Numbered from the stretch's first letter, positions 21,007-30,677 are shown. The stretch is DNA of 64,000 nt from Gammaproteobacteria bacterium (GCA_963662545.2 CAXXLL010000002.1:2144001-2208000), one strand, 5' to 3'. Numbers and translations are program-made. The notes: generated by a model from the sequence alone, not told the origin.

Positions 21007-22242
21007 ATGGCGCATCGAGTAGTGGTGACGGGCCTGGGACTGGTTGCTCCGAACGGCAATACGGTGGCCGCATCGTGGAAAAACACGGTTAACGGCGTCA
21101 GCGGCATCGCCCCGATCGTCGCGTTCGATGCGTCCAGATTCGTGACTCGGATCGCCGGCGAAATCAAGGATTTCGACATCACTCAGTTCATCTCGCGCAA
21201 GCAAGCACGCAGAATGGACCCGTTCATCCATTACGGACTCGCGGCGGCGATAGAGGCGATCAATGACGCCGGAATCGAAGTAACAGATGCCAATGCGAAG
21301 CGCATCGGTGCGATCATCGGCTCCGGAATCGGCGGACTACCGGGCATCGAGAAGGGCTACCAGTCTTTTCTCGACGGCGGACCGAAAAGGATTTCACCAT
21401 TCTTCGTACCCAGCAATATCATCAACATGGTCGCCGGTAATCTTTCGATCATGTATGGGTTCAAAGGGCCCAACTACGGCATAGTGTCCGCATGCTCGAC
21501 GGGAGCGCACTGCATCGGTCTCGCCGCGAGAGCGATCGAGCGCGGTGAACAAGACGTCATCGTTGCCGGCGGTTCGGAATTTTCTACCTGTCCGACTGGT
21601 ATAGGCGGGTTCGCATCCGCAAAAGCCCTGTCAAGGCGCAATGACGATCCGACCGCTGCAAGCAGACCTTGGGATGCGGAACGCGACGGGTTCGTATTAA
21701 GCGACGGCGCCGGGATCGTGATCCTCGAATCACTGGAACACGCGCAGGCGAGGAGCGCAAATATTTACGCGGAACTCATCGGCTTCGCGATGAACAGTGA
21801 TGCCTACCATATAACGGCGCCGTCTCCGAACGGCGAGGGCGCGGCCGATTGCATGGCCCTCGCCCTGGCGGATGCCAATCTGAACGCCGAGGACATCGAT
21901 TACATCAACGCCCATGGAACTTCCACGCCGGCGGGCGATAAAGCAGAAACGGATGCTGTAAAGATCGCGTTCGGCGAGCACGCGTACAAGTTGGCGATGA
22001 GTTCGACGAAATCGATGGTTGGCCACATGCTCGGCGCAGCGGGCGGGGCGGAAGCCGTGTACACCATTCTCGCCATACGTGATCAGGTAGCCCCACCCAC
22101 GATCAATCTTACGAATCTTGACCCGGAGTGTGACCTCGATTACGTGCCAAACGCCGCACGAGATATGAAAATCAAGGTCGCGCTATCGAATTCATTCGGT
22201 TTTGGCGGCACCAACGGTTCGCTGGTGTTCAGCCACATCTGA
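21007..22242 (+). CDS. fabF: Beta-ketoacyl-ACP synthase II
   Basis: RVVVTGLG, SACSTG, INAHGTST, SNSFGFGGTN. Confidence 0.97.
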   Translation: MAHRVVVTGLGLVAPNGNTVAASWKNTVNGVSGIAPIVAFDASRFVTRIAGEIKDFDITQFISRKQARRMDPFIHYGLAAAIEAINDAGIEVTDANAKRIGAIIGSGIGGLPGIEKGYQSFLDGGPKRISPFFVPSNIINMVAGNLSIMYGFKGPNYGIVSACSTGAHCIGLAARAIERGEQDVIVAGGSEFSTCPTGIGGFASAKALSRRNDDPTAASRPWDAERDGFVLSDGAGIVILESLEHAQARSANIYAELIGFAMNSDAYHITAPSPNGEGAADCMALALADANLNAEDIDYINAHGTSTPAGDKAETDAVKIAFGEHAYKLAMSSTKSMVGHMLGAAGGAEAVYTILAIRDQVAPPTINLTNLDPECDLDYVPNAARDMKIKVALSNSFGFGGTNGSLVFSHI

Positions 22243-22282
22243 TATCGCCCAAGGCAGCAAAAACGGGCGCACGGAGCGTCTT

Positions 22283-23101
22283 GTGCCTCTCGTCGATGGC
22301 AAAGCCACACACGACGAATTAGCGGGCGATCGCGGACTCGCATTCGGCGATGGCGTTTTCGAAACGATCGCCTGGCACGATGGCCGCCTGCTAGCCTGGT
22401 CCAGTCACATGGATAGGTTGCGACGCGGTTGCAATATGTTCGGCATTCCGCCACCGAGCGATCGCGTCCTTCACGACGAATGCCTCGTTGTTGCACGAGA
22501 TCTGCCTCGAGCCGTGGTGAAGATCATCATTACGCGCGGCAGCGGAGGACGGGGATACCGGCCGCCGTCAAAACCTGCACCACGCCGGATCGTGGCCGCC
22601 CATCCGTGGCCCGTTCACATCGACTCCGCGGAAACCAAAACCTGGATATGCCAGCAGCCCGTCAGCATCAATCCATCGACGGCAGGCATCAAACACCTCA
22701 ATCGACTCGACCAGGTTCTTGCGAGCCGTGAGTAGCCGGGCGACAGCTACTTCGAAGGCTTGATGTTGGATCCTTCCGGTTTCCTAATCGAAGGTACCCG
22801 CAGTAACGTGTTTCTCGTACATGAGCGCACTGTCGTGACCCCGGATCTCAGGCAATGCGGCGTCAAGGGCATCGTACGCGACGCGGTGATGGCGTCCTGC
22901 CGCCGCGACGGCGTTGACCTGCTCGAGGCCCCGGTACGGATCGAAACATTGATTACGGCGGCCGAGGTCTTTATTTGCAATTCGATCATAGGCATCCGGC
23001 CGGTTACTTCGATCCATTGTCCAGAGGAGACCCGCTTGCAGCCCGGGCCCGTGGCAGAACGTCTTAGCGCATCGTTGCGCACCGAAGGCATAATCGTATG
23101 A
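22283..23101 (+). pseudogene. pabC: 4-amino-4-deoxychorismate lyase interrupted by an in-frame TAG at 22733-22735
   Basis: DRGLAFGDGVFETI...GIKHLNRLDQVLASRE*PGDSYFEGLMLD...EGTRSNVF read in one frame; located between fabF and mltG. Confidence 0.85.
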
Positions 23102-24111
23102 ATTCCGTAGCACGCGTTATGTCAGTAATGGCAGTGACGGTCCTCGTGACGTTCGCGCTGGGCGGCGGGCTTGCATGGCATGAGATGGAACGCGTTATGC
23201 AGTCTACTGTCGTGATGAGCGGACCCGTGTTGTTCCGCATCGAGCCGGGTTCAAATCTGTCCCGTATCGCACAGGATCTAGAAGCGCACGGCTGGATTTC
23301 ACACCATCGATTGTTTGTACTGCGTGCCTGGCTCGACGGATTCGCAAATTCAATTCAGGCAGGCACGTATGAAATTTCTCCGGGCGACACGCCACAGAAA
23401 ATGCTCGAGGCGTTTCGCACCGGCGACACAAAAACCTTCGACGTAACATTTATCGAGGGAAGCCGGTTCGCCGACATGCGCCGGGTCCTTGCAGCGCAGC
23501 GCCACCTCTTGCATACCATCGAGGACAAATCTGATGAAGAGCTTATGCGCGAGCTTAGCGTGCCGGAGATATCTGCCGAAGGCATGTTTTTTCCGTCCAC
23601 TTATCAATACGAAGCCGGATCGCGGGATATTGATCTGCTGGCGCGCGCGCACGCTCAACTTCAGGAAATTCTCAATCGCGAATGGGACAAACGTGCCGAA
23701 GACCTGCCCTACGCATCGCCCTATGATGCGCTCATCATGGCCTCCATCATCGAAGAAGAAACGGGACGGGCGGAGGAGCGCCGAGAGATTGCGGGCGTCT
23801 TCGTGCGGCGGCTCAAACGGGGCATGAAGTTGCAAACCGATCCCACCGTTATCTACGGACTTGGCAAGGCATACGACGGCAATTTGCGTCGTGCCGATCT
23901 GGAAGGAGATACACCGTACAATACTTATACGCGGTTCGGACTGCCGCCGACGCCCATTGCGCTGCCCGGCGCTGACGCAATCGCCGCGGCGCTCGACCCG
24001 GCGCCAGGGAAGACGCTCTATTTTGTCGCCAAAGGCGACGGGACTCACCAGTTTTCAAAAACGCTTAATGAACACAACGCCGCGGTACGCCGTTATCAGC
24101 TGCGCCGGTAA
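23098..24111 (+). CDS. mltG: Endolytic transglycosylase MltG
   Basis: ASIIEEET, LQTDPTVIYG, YNTYTRFGLPPTPI. Confidence 0.96.
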   Translation: MNSVARVMSVMAVTVLVTFALGGGLAWHEMERVMQSTVVMSGPVLFRIEPGSNLSRIAQDLEAHGWISHHRLFVLRAWLDGFANSIQAGTYEISPGDTPQKMLEAFRTGDTKTFDVTFIEGSRFADMRRVLAAQRHLLHTIEDKSDEELMRELSVPEISAEGMFFPSTYQYEAGSRDIDLLARAHAQLQEILNREWDKRAEDLPYASPYDALIMASIIEEETGRAEERREIAGVFVRRLKRGMKLQTDPTVIYGLGKAYDGNLRRADLEGDTPYNTYTRFGLPPTPIALPGADAIAAALDPAPGKTLYFVAKGDGTHQFSKTLNEHNAAVRRYQLRR

Positions 24112-24127
24112 CTGGGAAGCACATTAA

Positions 24128-24427
24128 TGTGCTGTCCCGTAATAAACTTCGATAAGTCGCGCAGGACTCGTGCTGCGATACAAGGCGCGAGGAGGCGACG
24201 TATCGGGACAAATTCGCCGGGAACACAATTCTGTCGGGAACAGAATTGGACGCGCGTAGCGCGCCCGCAGGGTGAGCGCCAGGGATGGCGCGAATCCAAT
24301 TTGGACCGCCGCAGGCGGGCCCGAAGGGCGGATGCCATGAATGGCATCCGCAATACGGCCAGAGCCGCTACGCCGTAGCGCGGCACGAGGACCAGCGAAT
24401 TATGAAGTCTTATTGCGGGACAGCACA
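24128..24427. mobile_element. MITE family C (300 bp) containing nested small hairpin repeats
   Basis: TIR TGTGCTGTCCCGTAATAA / TTATTGCGGGACAGCACA with TTAA on both sides. Confidence 0.85.
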
Positions 24428-24431
24428 TTAA

Positions 24432-25055
24432 ATGTCCAGAGGCGAATTCATAACCCTGGAAGGCATCGAGGGCGTGGGCAAAACCACTGCGGTCAAGTGC
24501 GTCGTTGAGGTGATGGAAAAACTTGGGCGCACCGTAGTGGCGACCCGCGAACCCGGCGGCACCGCACTCGGCGAGAAAATTCGCAACCTGGCACTCGATC
24601 AGCACGGCTCACCCATCACGCCGGAGACCGAGTTGTTGCTGATGTTCGCCGCCCGCGCGCAACATCTCGAGGAGGTGATCCGGCCTGCGCTTGCGCGCGG
24701 CGAATGCGTCGTGTGCGATCGCTTTACCGACGCGACCTACGCCTATCAGGGTGGCGGGCGCGGCGTTCCGGAGACATCCATAAAGCAGACCGAATCACTG
24801 GTGCACGGCGATCTGCAACCCGACACGACCCTGCTCCTGGACGTGCTGCCCGAAATCGGCCTGCAACGCGCGCGTAGCCGTAGCACGTCGGATCGCATCG
24901 AAGGGGAAGCTCTGTCCTTTTTTGAACGGGTACGCGCGGCCTACCGGGAACGAGCGGTCCGCTTTCCCGAACGAACCGTCATGATCGATGCCTCGGCCGA
25001 TCTAAAATCCGTTCATGCGGCGATAAGAAAGGCACTGAAAGAACGTTATTCATGA
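24432..25055 (+). CDS. tmk: Thymidylate kinase
   Basis: FITLEGIEGVGKTT, TREPGGT, CDRFTDATYAYQG. Confidence 0.97.
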   Translation: MSRGEFITLEGIEGVGKTTAVKCVVEVMEKLGRTVVATREPGGTALGEKIRNLALDQHGSPITPETELLLMFAARAQHLEEVIRPALARGECVVCDRFTDATYAYQGGGRGVPETSIKQTESLVHGDLQPDTTLLLDVLPEIGLQRARSRSTSDRIEGEALSFFERVRAAYRERAVRFPERTVMIDASADLKSVHAAIRKALKERYS

Positions 25056-26059
25056 ACGCGCCATACCCGTGGCTGGAATCGGAGTGGATGGATCTGCAAT
25101 CGCGGCTGCGTTCGGGCGCGATGGGCCATGCCTATCTATTGAGCGGCCGGGAAGGGCTGGGGAAACTGGCATTAGCGGAATCGTTCGTGGGCGCCATCTT
25201 GTGCGAAGATCGACGCGATGAGGGCGGCGCGTGCAGCCAATGTCGCAGCTGCGTGTTGTTCACCAGCGGTAATCACCCCGATTTCAAACGGCTCGCGCGA
25301 GAGCAAGATCACAAGGCGATCTTGGTCGATCAAGTCCGCGAGCTGATCAATTATTACACCTTGAAGTCGCATTATGGCGGCTTCAAGGTTGCCATCATAT
25401 GCCCGGCGGAGGCGATGAATAGAGCCGCCGCGAACGCCCTGCTGAAAGTTCTGGAAGAGCCGCCCGCCGGCGCCTTGATATTGCTGGTCGCCCACCGGCC
25501 CGGCCTGTTGCCGCTTACGGTTAGGAGCCGCTGCCAGCGAATTAACGTCGAGACGCCGACCTTTGACGTGGTGGAGGGCTGGCTGGCGGGGCAGGATCTT
25601 GGGGAAGCCGGCCGCACGGCCATCAATACTCTGATGCTCCACGGAGCGCCGCTCGACGTCGCCCGGCAGCTCAAATCGGGGGCGGCGACCCTGCTCAACG
25701 ACCTCATCGGCGCCCTGGAGGAGACCGCGGCGCGCCGGCGCCATGCCCTCGAAGCGGCGCGGGACTTCACGGAAATAGAGGTCGAAGCCTTCATAAATGC
25801 CCTCGAAACACTCCTACAGGCCCTGATATTGCTGCGGATCGGGCATCGCAGGCGCGGGCTTCGCATCCCCCGGAAGCAGCTTGAAAGTTTGCAGGAAATC
25901 TCAAATAAATTAAACTTTAAGCGCTTATTCCTCTATATGGACGAAGTTGCTCTCGCGCGGTCCATGGTGCTACGGTCGAGCGGCGTGCGAAGTGCGGACA
26001 TTATCGAGAATCTGTGGTTCGGCTGGACGCGGGCCATTTTGACGGAGAACACGGTATGA
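25052..26059 (+). CDS. holB: DNA polymerase III delta' subunit
   Basis: YPWL, CSQCRSC...HPDF, ANALLKVLEEPP, SRC. Confidence 0.95.
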   Translation: MNAPYPWLESEWMDLQSRLRSGAMGHAYLLSGREGLGKLALAESFVGAILCEDRRDEGGACSQCRSCVLFTSGNHPDFKRLAREQDHKAILVDQVRELINYYTLKSHYGGFKVAIICPAEAMNRAAANALLKVLEEPPAGALILLVAHRPGLLPLTVRSRCQRINVETPTFDVVEGWLAGQDLGEAGRTAINTLMLHGAPLDVARQLKSGAATLLNDLIGALEETAARRRHALEAARDFTEIEVEAFINALETLLQALILLRIGHRRRGLRIPRKQLESLQEISNKLNFKRLFLYMDEVALARSMVLRSSGVRSADIIENLWFGWTRAILTENTV

Positions 26060-26412
26060 GCGCAGCCAGGAAGAACCCAAGACAAGGCATTTTGTCACTC
26101 ACGATTCGTGACAAGAGCTCCCTTTATGCCGCTTACATGCCGTTCATCAAGAATGGCGGGCTGTTCATCCCGACAAACAAGTCTTACAAGATCGGCGATG
26201 AAGTCTTCATGCTGCTGACACTGACCGACAGCAAGGAAAAGTTGCCGGTCGCGGGACGCGTTGTTTGGATCACGCCGAAAGGCGCTCAGGGAAACCGCAC
26301 CGCCGGTATCGGCGTGCAGTTCAGCGAATTAGATAACGGCGCGACACGCAATAAAATCGAGACCCAGCTGGCCGGCGCTCTCAAGTCGGATCGACAAACC
26401 CATACCATGTGA
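26056..26412 (+). CDS. pilZ: Type IV pilus PilZ protein
   Basis: LYAAYMPFIKNGGLFIPT, VVWITP...GIGVQF, THTM C-terminus. Confidence 0.95.
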   Translation: MSAARKNPRQGILSLTIRDKSSLYAAYMPFIKNGGLFIPTNKSYKIGDEVFMLLTLTDSKEKLPVAGRVVWITPKGAQGNRTAGIGVQFSELDNGATRNKIETQLAGALKSDRQTHTM

Positions 26413-26468
26413 TCATAGGCGTCCTGCCCCGCGGCGTCGCACACGCCGCTGCGCATCTTATTCTCTAG

Positions 26469-26815
26469 TGTGTTGTCCTGAAATAATCCTAAGAAACCTC
26501 TGAATAAGTCATGGTGCGTCTGAATTGTTCATGCAATGGTGCAGATCAAGGCACGAATCGCAGCCCATAGCGGGGACTAGGGCTAAGGTTCGTAACGTAA
26601 GGCTCCGTGATTTCATGGGCAAGGCAGATGGGCCATGACTAATTCAGAGGTTCCCTAAATATCGCGGGTCTTTACACCTTGTACTGCGGGCCTCTTGCGT
26701 GCGACCCATGCGATGGTGAGTTCGCGTTTCTCCGCTGTTCAAATTGGATTAGAAGCACGAGTCCTTCGCGATCAAATTGAAAATAGTTCTGGGAAATACA
26801 TTACAGGACTGCATA
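26469..26815. mobile_element. Degenerate family C-like MITE hosting a nested family A copy
   Basis: Left end CTAG-TGTGTTGTCCTG; right end CAGGACTGCATA-CTCG is an imperfect complement. Confidence 0.45.
26493..26654 (+). mobile_element. MITE family A copy 4
   Basis: 162 bp with a perfect CTAA target duplication. Confidence 0.9.
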
Positions 26816-26823
26816 CTCGAAAC

Positions 26824-27645
26824 GTGCGATTAGTCGACTCCCACTGCCACTTGCCACTGATAGACGGCGGTGCCGATGGCACCGCAGGCGTCATCCAGCG
26901 CGCGAAGGACGCGGGCGTAACACATATGTTGTGTGTATCGGTCGATCTCGAAACCTTCGACGGCGTTGCCGGGATCGCAGCGAACTGCGACGACGTCTCA
27001 GCCTCCGTCGGCGTGCACCCGAATACCGACGAAGGGGGCGTTGAGCCTTCCGTGAAAGGCCTCGTGGAACTCGCTGGGCGCGAATCGATCGTCGCCATTG
27101 GCGAAACCGGACTCGATTACTATCGCAGCCAAGGCGATCTGGATTGGCAACGAGCGCGCTTTCGAACCCACATTCGCGCTGCGCGTGAGGCTGCTCTGCC
27201 CCTTATCATTCATTGTCGCGAAGCGCCCGCTGACGTGTTACGCATTCTTCGCGAAGAAAAGGCCACGGAGGCCGGCGGTGTCATGCACTGTTTCGTGGAC
27301 GACTGGGACACGGCACTCGCCGCGATGGATCTCGGTTTCTATATTTCGATCTCGGGGATCGTGACCTTCAAGAACGCAGCGGGACTTCAGGAAGTGGCCC
27401 GGCGCCTGCCCGCCGAACGGATCCTGGTAGAAACCGACTCGCCCTGGCTTGCCCCTGTACCGCGTCGGGGCAAACAGAACGAACCTGCCTATGTGACGCA
27501 TACCGCCACCTTCCTCGCCGAGCTTCGCGGGCAGACGCCCGATGAATTCGCGGAGTTCACGACACGCAATTTTTTCAATTTGTTCAAGCTCGCCGGCAAT
27601 ATGCCTACCGACGATGCGTCGCCGCAGGAGATGGCGAATAGATGA
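26824..27645 (+). CDS. TatD-family hydrolase (YcfH-like)
   Basis: VDSHCHL, GVHP, IGETGLDY, HCF, ETDSPWL; start taken at GTG 26824. Confidence 0.93.
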   Translation: MRLVDSHCHLPLIDGGADGTAGVIQRAKDAGVTHMLCVSVDLETFDGVAGIAANCDDVSASVGVHPNTDEGGVEPSVKGLVELAGRESIVAIGETGLDYYRSQGDLDWQRARFRTHIRAAREAALPLIIHCREAPADVLRILREEKATEAGGVMHCFVDDWDTALAAMDLGFYISISGIVTFKNAAGLQEVARRLPAERILVETDSPWLAPVPRRGKQNEPAYVTHTATFLAELRGQTPDEFAEFTTRNFFNLFKLAGNMPTDDASPQEMANR

Positions 27646-27813
27646 ACAAAGCCGGGAAGAAATTGCTCGAGAACCTGTGCCCGGACTTGCCCGGCTGGCG
27701 GTGCGAATAGACGATGGAAACAAGGCTTGAGCCGGATCGGCTTGAGGCGTGCGGTGCACAATCTCGTGGGCCTTTTCACGACTAATTGAGTAAGCTGTGC
27801 GGCGCACGACCGA

Positions 27814-29197
27814 GAGTTATAACTGAATCTGGTGTTTGAGCGAATTGAATAAAGGCGGCGTATCTGGTTGAAATGTTGTTACCAAGCAGCAAGCCAACCA
27901 AAGAGGATACGCCACCATGAGAGAGTAACGTTGTTGAATTATCAGGTCGAGAAGGAATACCAGATCCGTTGACGGAGGTCTTGAGAAACGGTGCTCGTGC
28001 TCTGATTGAACGAGCGGTTGAAATCGAGCTGGCAGAATATATGGCGCAGTATTCAGGACATCGCACGGTGGACGACAAAGCAGGTGTGGTTCGCAACGGC
28101 TATTTGCCGGAACGCCAGTTGCAGACGGGCTTGGGGCCGGTGACGGTGAGGATCCCGAAGGTTCGTTCGAAGCTCGGCGAGCCGGTGACCTTCCGTTCAG
28201 CGCTGGTGCCGCCGTATGTGCGCAAGACAAGAACCTTGGAGGCGGCCGTGCCGTGGCTGTATTTGAAGGGCGTTTCCAGTGGCGAAATGGGCGCTGCGCT
28301 GGAAGTTTTGTTGGGGCCGCAGGCGAAGGGCCTGTCGGCGAGCACAGTGTCGCGCTTGAAGCAGGTGTGGGCGCAAGAATACCGCGACTGGTGCGAGGGG
28401 CGATTGGACCAAGACCGCTGGGTGTAGGTGTGGGCGGACGGTGTCTACAGTGGCCTGCGGGCGGAGCACACGAAGCTGTGTGCGTTGGTGGTGATCGGCG
28501 TCAATGAGCGAGGCGAGAAGCGTTTTTTGGCGATGGAGGATGGTGTGCGGGAGTCCACGCAGAGCTGGCGCGAGGTGTTGCTGAAATTGAAGTCACGCGG
28601 GATGAATATTCCCAAGCTGGCGATCGGGGACGGTGCCATGGGCTTCTGGGCCGCACTGGAGGAAGTCTACGGTGAGACCCGCCAGCAACGCTGCTGGATG
28701 CACAAGACGATGAACGTGCTGAACTGCCTACCGAAGTCAGCACAGGCCAAAGCCAAGCAAGCCCTGCACGCGATCTGGCAGGCCGCGACAAAGGCCGACG
28801 CCGAGAAGGCGTTCGAGCTGTTCCTCAAGACCTATGAACCGAAGTATCCCAAGGCGACCCTGTGCCTACAGAAAGACCGTGAGGAGTTGCTGGCGTTCTA
28901 TGATTTTCCGGCACCACATTGGCAAAGCATTCGCACGAGCAATCCGATTGAATCCACCTTCGCTACGATCCGGCACCGGACCCGGCGCTCCAAGGGCGGT
29001 CTCTCTCGGGACGGCATGCTCCATATGATGTTCAAGCTGGGGCGGTGTGCGCAGAAGAATTGGCGACGCCTACGTGGATTCGACTACCTGGCCAAGGTGA
29101 TTACTGGAGTTAAATTTGAAGATGGTATCGAGGTGACAAGGGTCAATCAGGTCGCCGCTTGATTCAACCGCCTGAACACCACTTTTGACAATAACTC
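27814..29197 (+). mobile_element. IS256-family insertion sequence
   Basis: Imperfect TIRs GAGTTATAACTGAATCTGGTG / CACCACTTTTGACAATAACTC; perfect 9-bp target duplication CACGACCGA (27805-27813 and 29198-29206). Confidence 0.93.
27917..29162 (+). pseudogene. IS256 transposase, inactivated
   Basis: VRNGYLPER, WADGVY, IGDGAMGFW, QRCWMHK, SNPIESTF; frameshift in the GA run right after ATG 27917 and in-frame TAG at 28425-28427. Confidence 0.88.
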
Positions 29198-29247
29198 CAC
29201 GACCGATCTGAACAGCCCGAGACACGAACGGTGAAGGGGAGGGACAC

Positions 29248-30198
29248 ATGGGCCTGCTGGTTAACGGTGAATGGCACGACCACTGGTACGACACCAAGGA
29301 GAACGACGGCCGCTTCGTCCGCGCTGACGCTCAATTTCGCAACTGGATAACCCCCGACGGCTCGCCCGGGCCCACCGGGCGGGGCGATTTTCCTGCCGAG
29401 GCCGGCCGCTACCATCTGTATATTGGACACGCCTGCCCGTGGGCACATCGAACGCTGATCTTCCGCCGCCTCAAGGAACTGGAAGACAAGATCTCACTGT
29501 CCGTCGTGCACTGGTATATGGGTGCAAACGGCTGGACCTTCGACCCCGGCGACGGCGTCATGCCAGACCCGGTCAACGACGCCCGTTACCTGTACGAAGT
29601 TTACGCGGCGGCCGCGCCGGATTTTTCGGGCCGGGTCACGATTCCTGTTTTGTGGGACAAGCGATCGGCCACTATCGTTAACAACGAATCGTCCGAAATC
29701 ATCAGAATGCTCAATTCCGCTTTTGACGGAATTGGCGCCGCGGAGGGCGACTTTTATCCCGATGACTTGCGCGATGACATCGACGCGATCAACGAACGCG
29801 TCTACCACACGGTAAATAACGGGGTATACCGCTGCGGATTCGCGACCTCTCAGGACGCCTATGACGAGGCGGTGATCGAGTTGTTTGGCACCCTCGACTG
29901 GCTCGAAGATTTGTTCGCTGATCGAACTTACTTATGTGGCGAGCGCCTGACCGAAGCGGACTGGCGCTTATTCACTACCTTGATTCGGTTCGACGCGGTC
30001 TACTACTCGCATTTCAAATGCAACCTGCGCCGAATCAAGGAATATCCTCGGTTGCACGCTTTAATGGTACGCCTTTACGAAATGCCGGGGATCGCCGAAA
30101 TCGTGCACATGGACCATATCAAGCGGCATTATTACGGCAGTCACACGAGCATTAATCCCACGGGAATCGTGCCGCGAGGTCCGCTCGAAATTCTTTGA
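29248..30198 (+). CDS. Glutathionyl-hydroquinone reductase / omega-like GST (YqjG/ECM4 family)
   Basis: ACPWAHRTLI, VTIPVLWD, NNESSEIIRM, NNGVYRCGFA, INPTGIVP. Confidence 0.95.
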   Translation: MGLLVNGEWHDHWYDTKENDGRFVRADAQFRNWITPDGSPGPTGRGDFPAEAGRYHLYIGHACPWAHRTLIFRRLKELEDKISLSVVHWYMGANGWTFDPGDGVMPDPVNDARYLYEVYAAAAPDFSGRVTIPVLWDKRSATIVNNESSEIIRMLNSAFDGIGAAEGDFYPDDLRDDIDAINERVYHTVNNGVYRCGFATSQDAYDEAVIELFGTLDWLEDLFADRTYLCGERLTEADWRLFTTLIRFDAVYYSHFKCNLRRIKEYPRLHALMVRLYEMPGIAEIVHMDHIKRHYYGSHTSINPTGIVPRGPLEIL

Positions 30199-30214
30199 TC
30201 ACGGGGATATTTAA

Positions 30215-30245
30215 GCAACCTCTGAATAAATCATGGCACATCTGC
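30215..30245 (-). repeat. Solo end of MITE family A overlapping a gene terminus
   Basis: TTAA-GCAACCTCTGAATAAATCATGGCACATCTGC matches the family A terminus. Confidence 0.8.
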
Positions 30246-30677
30246 GTGCAGACCCGGCCCCGCGGCATCGCTCGCCACGAGTAGATCTTTAGCCAAAAAT
30301 CCCACGAACATCGCCGCTACGAATATCACGACGTCCAGCGACCCGCTTGCCAGCGCGACCAGCGCCGGTCCAGGACAGAATCCCGCGAGGCCCCAGCCCA
30401 CGCCGAATAGGGAAGCGCCGGCAAGCAACTGAACGTCGATATTCCGGCGCGAGGGCATGTCGAAGCTTGCGCCGAGGAAAGGATGGGGCCGGGCCAGAAC
30501 GAACCGGTAACCGATAAATGTCACGGCGACGGCACCACCCATGACGAATGCCAGCGCCGGATCCCACGCGCCGAAAACATCCAGGAAACCGAGCACCTTG
30601 AGCGGCTGGGTCATGCCGGATATGCCGAGCCCGACCGCGAACAAGGCGCCGAGCGCAAGAAAACTCACTAAGCGCAT
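30231..30677 (-). CDS. YeeE/YedE-type sulfur transport membrane protein (second half)
   Basis: GLGISGMTQPLKVLGFLD, WDPALAFVM, GWGLAGFCPGPA; ATG overlaps the upstream TAA. Confidence 0.9.
   Translation of the reverse strand: MRLVSFLALGALFAVGLGISGMTQPLKVLGFLDVFGAWDPALAFVMGGAVAVTFIGYRFVLARPHPFLGASFDMPSRRNIDVQLLAGASLFGVGWGLAGFCPGPALVALASGSLDVVIFVAAMFVGFLAKDLLVASDAAGPGLHADVP

Noticed and set aside
22733-28427. Two in-frame TAG codons (pabC and the IS256 transposase) suggesting amber recoding
   Set aside because: They replace different expected residues (Trp and Tyr), and TAG is an ordinary stop for the DUF4845 gene, recO, tatD and the LLM gene.
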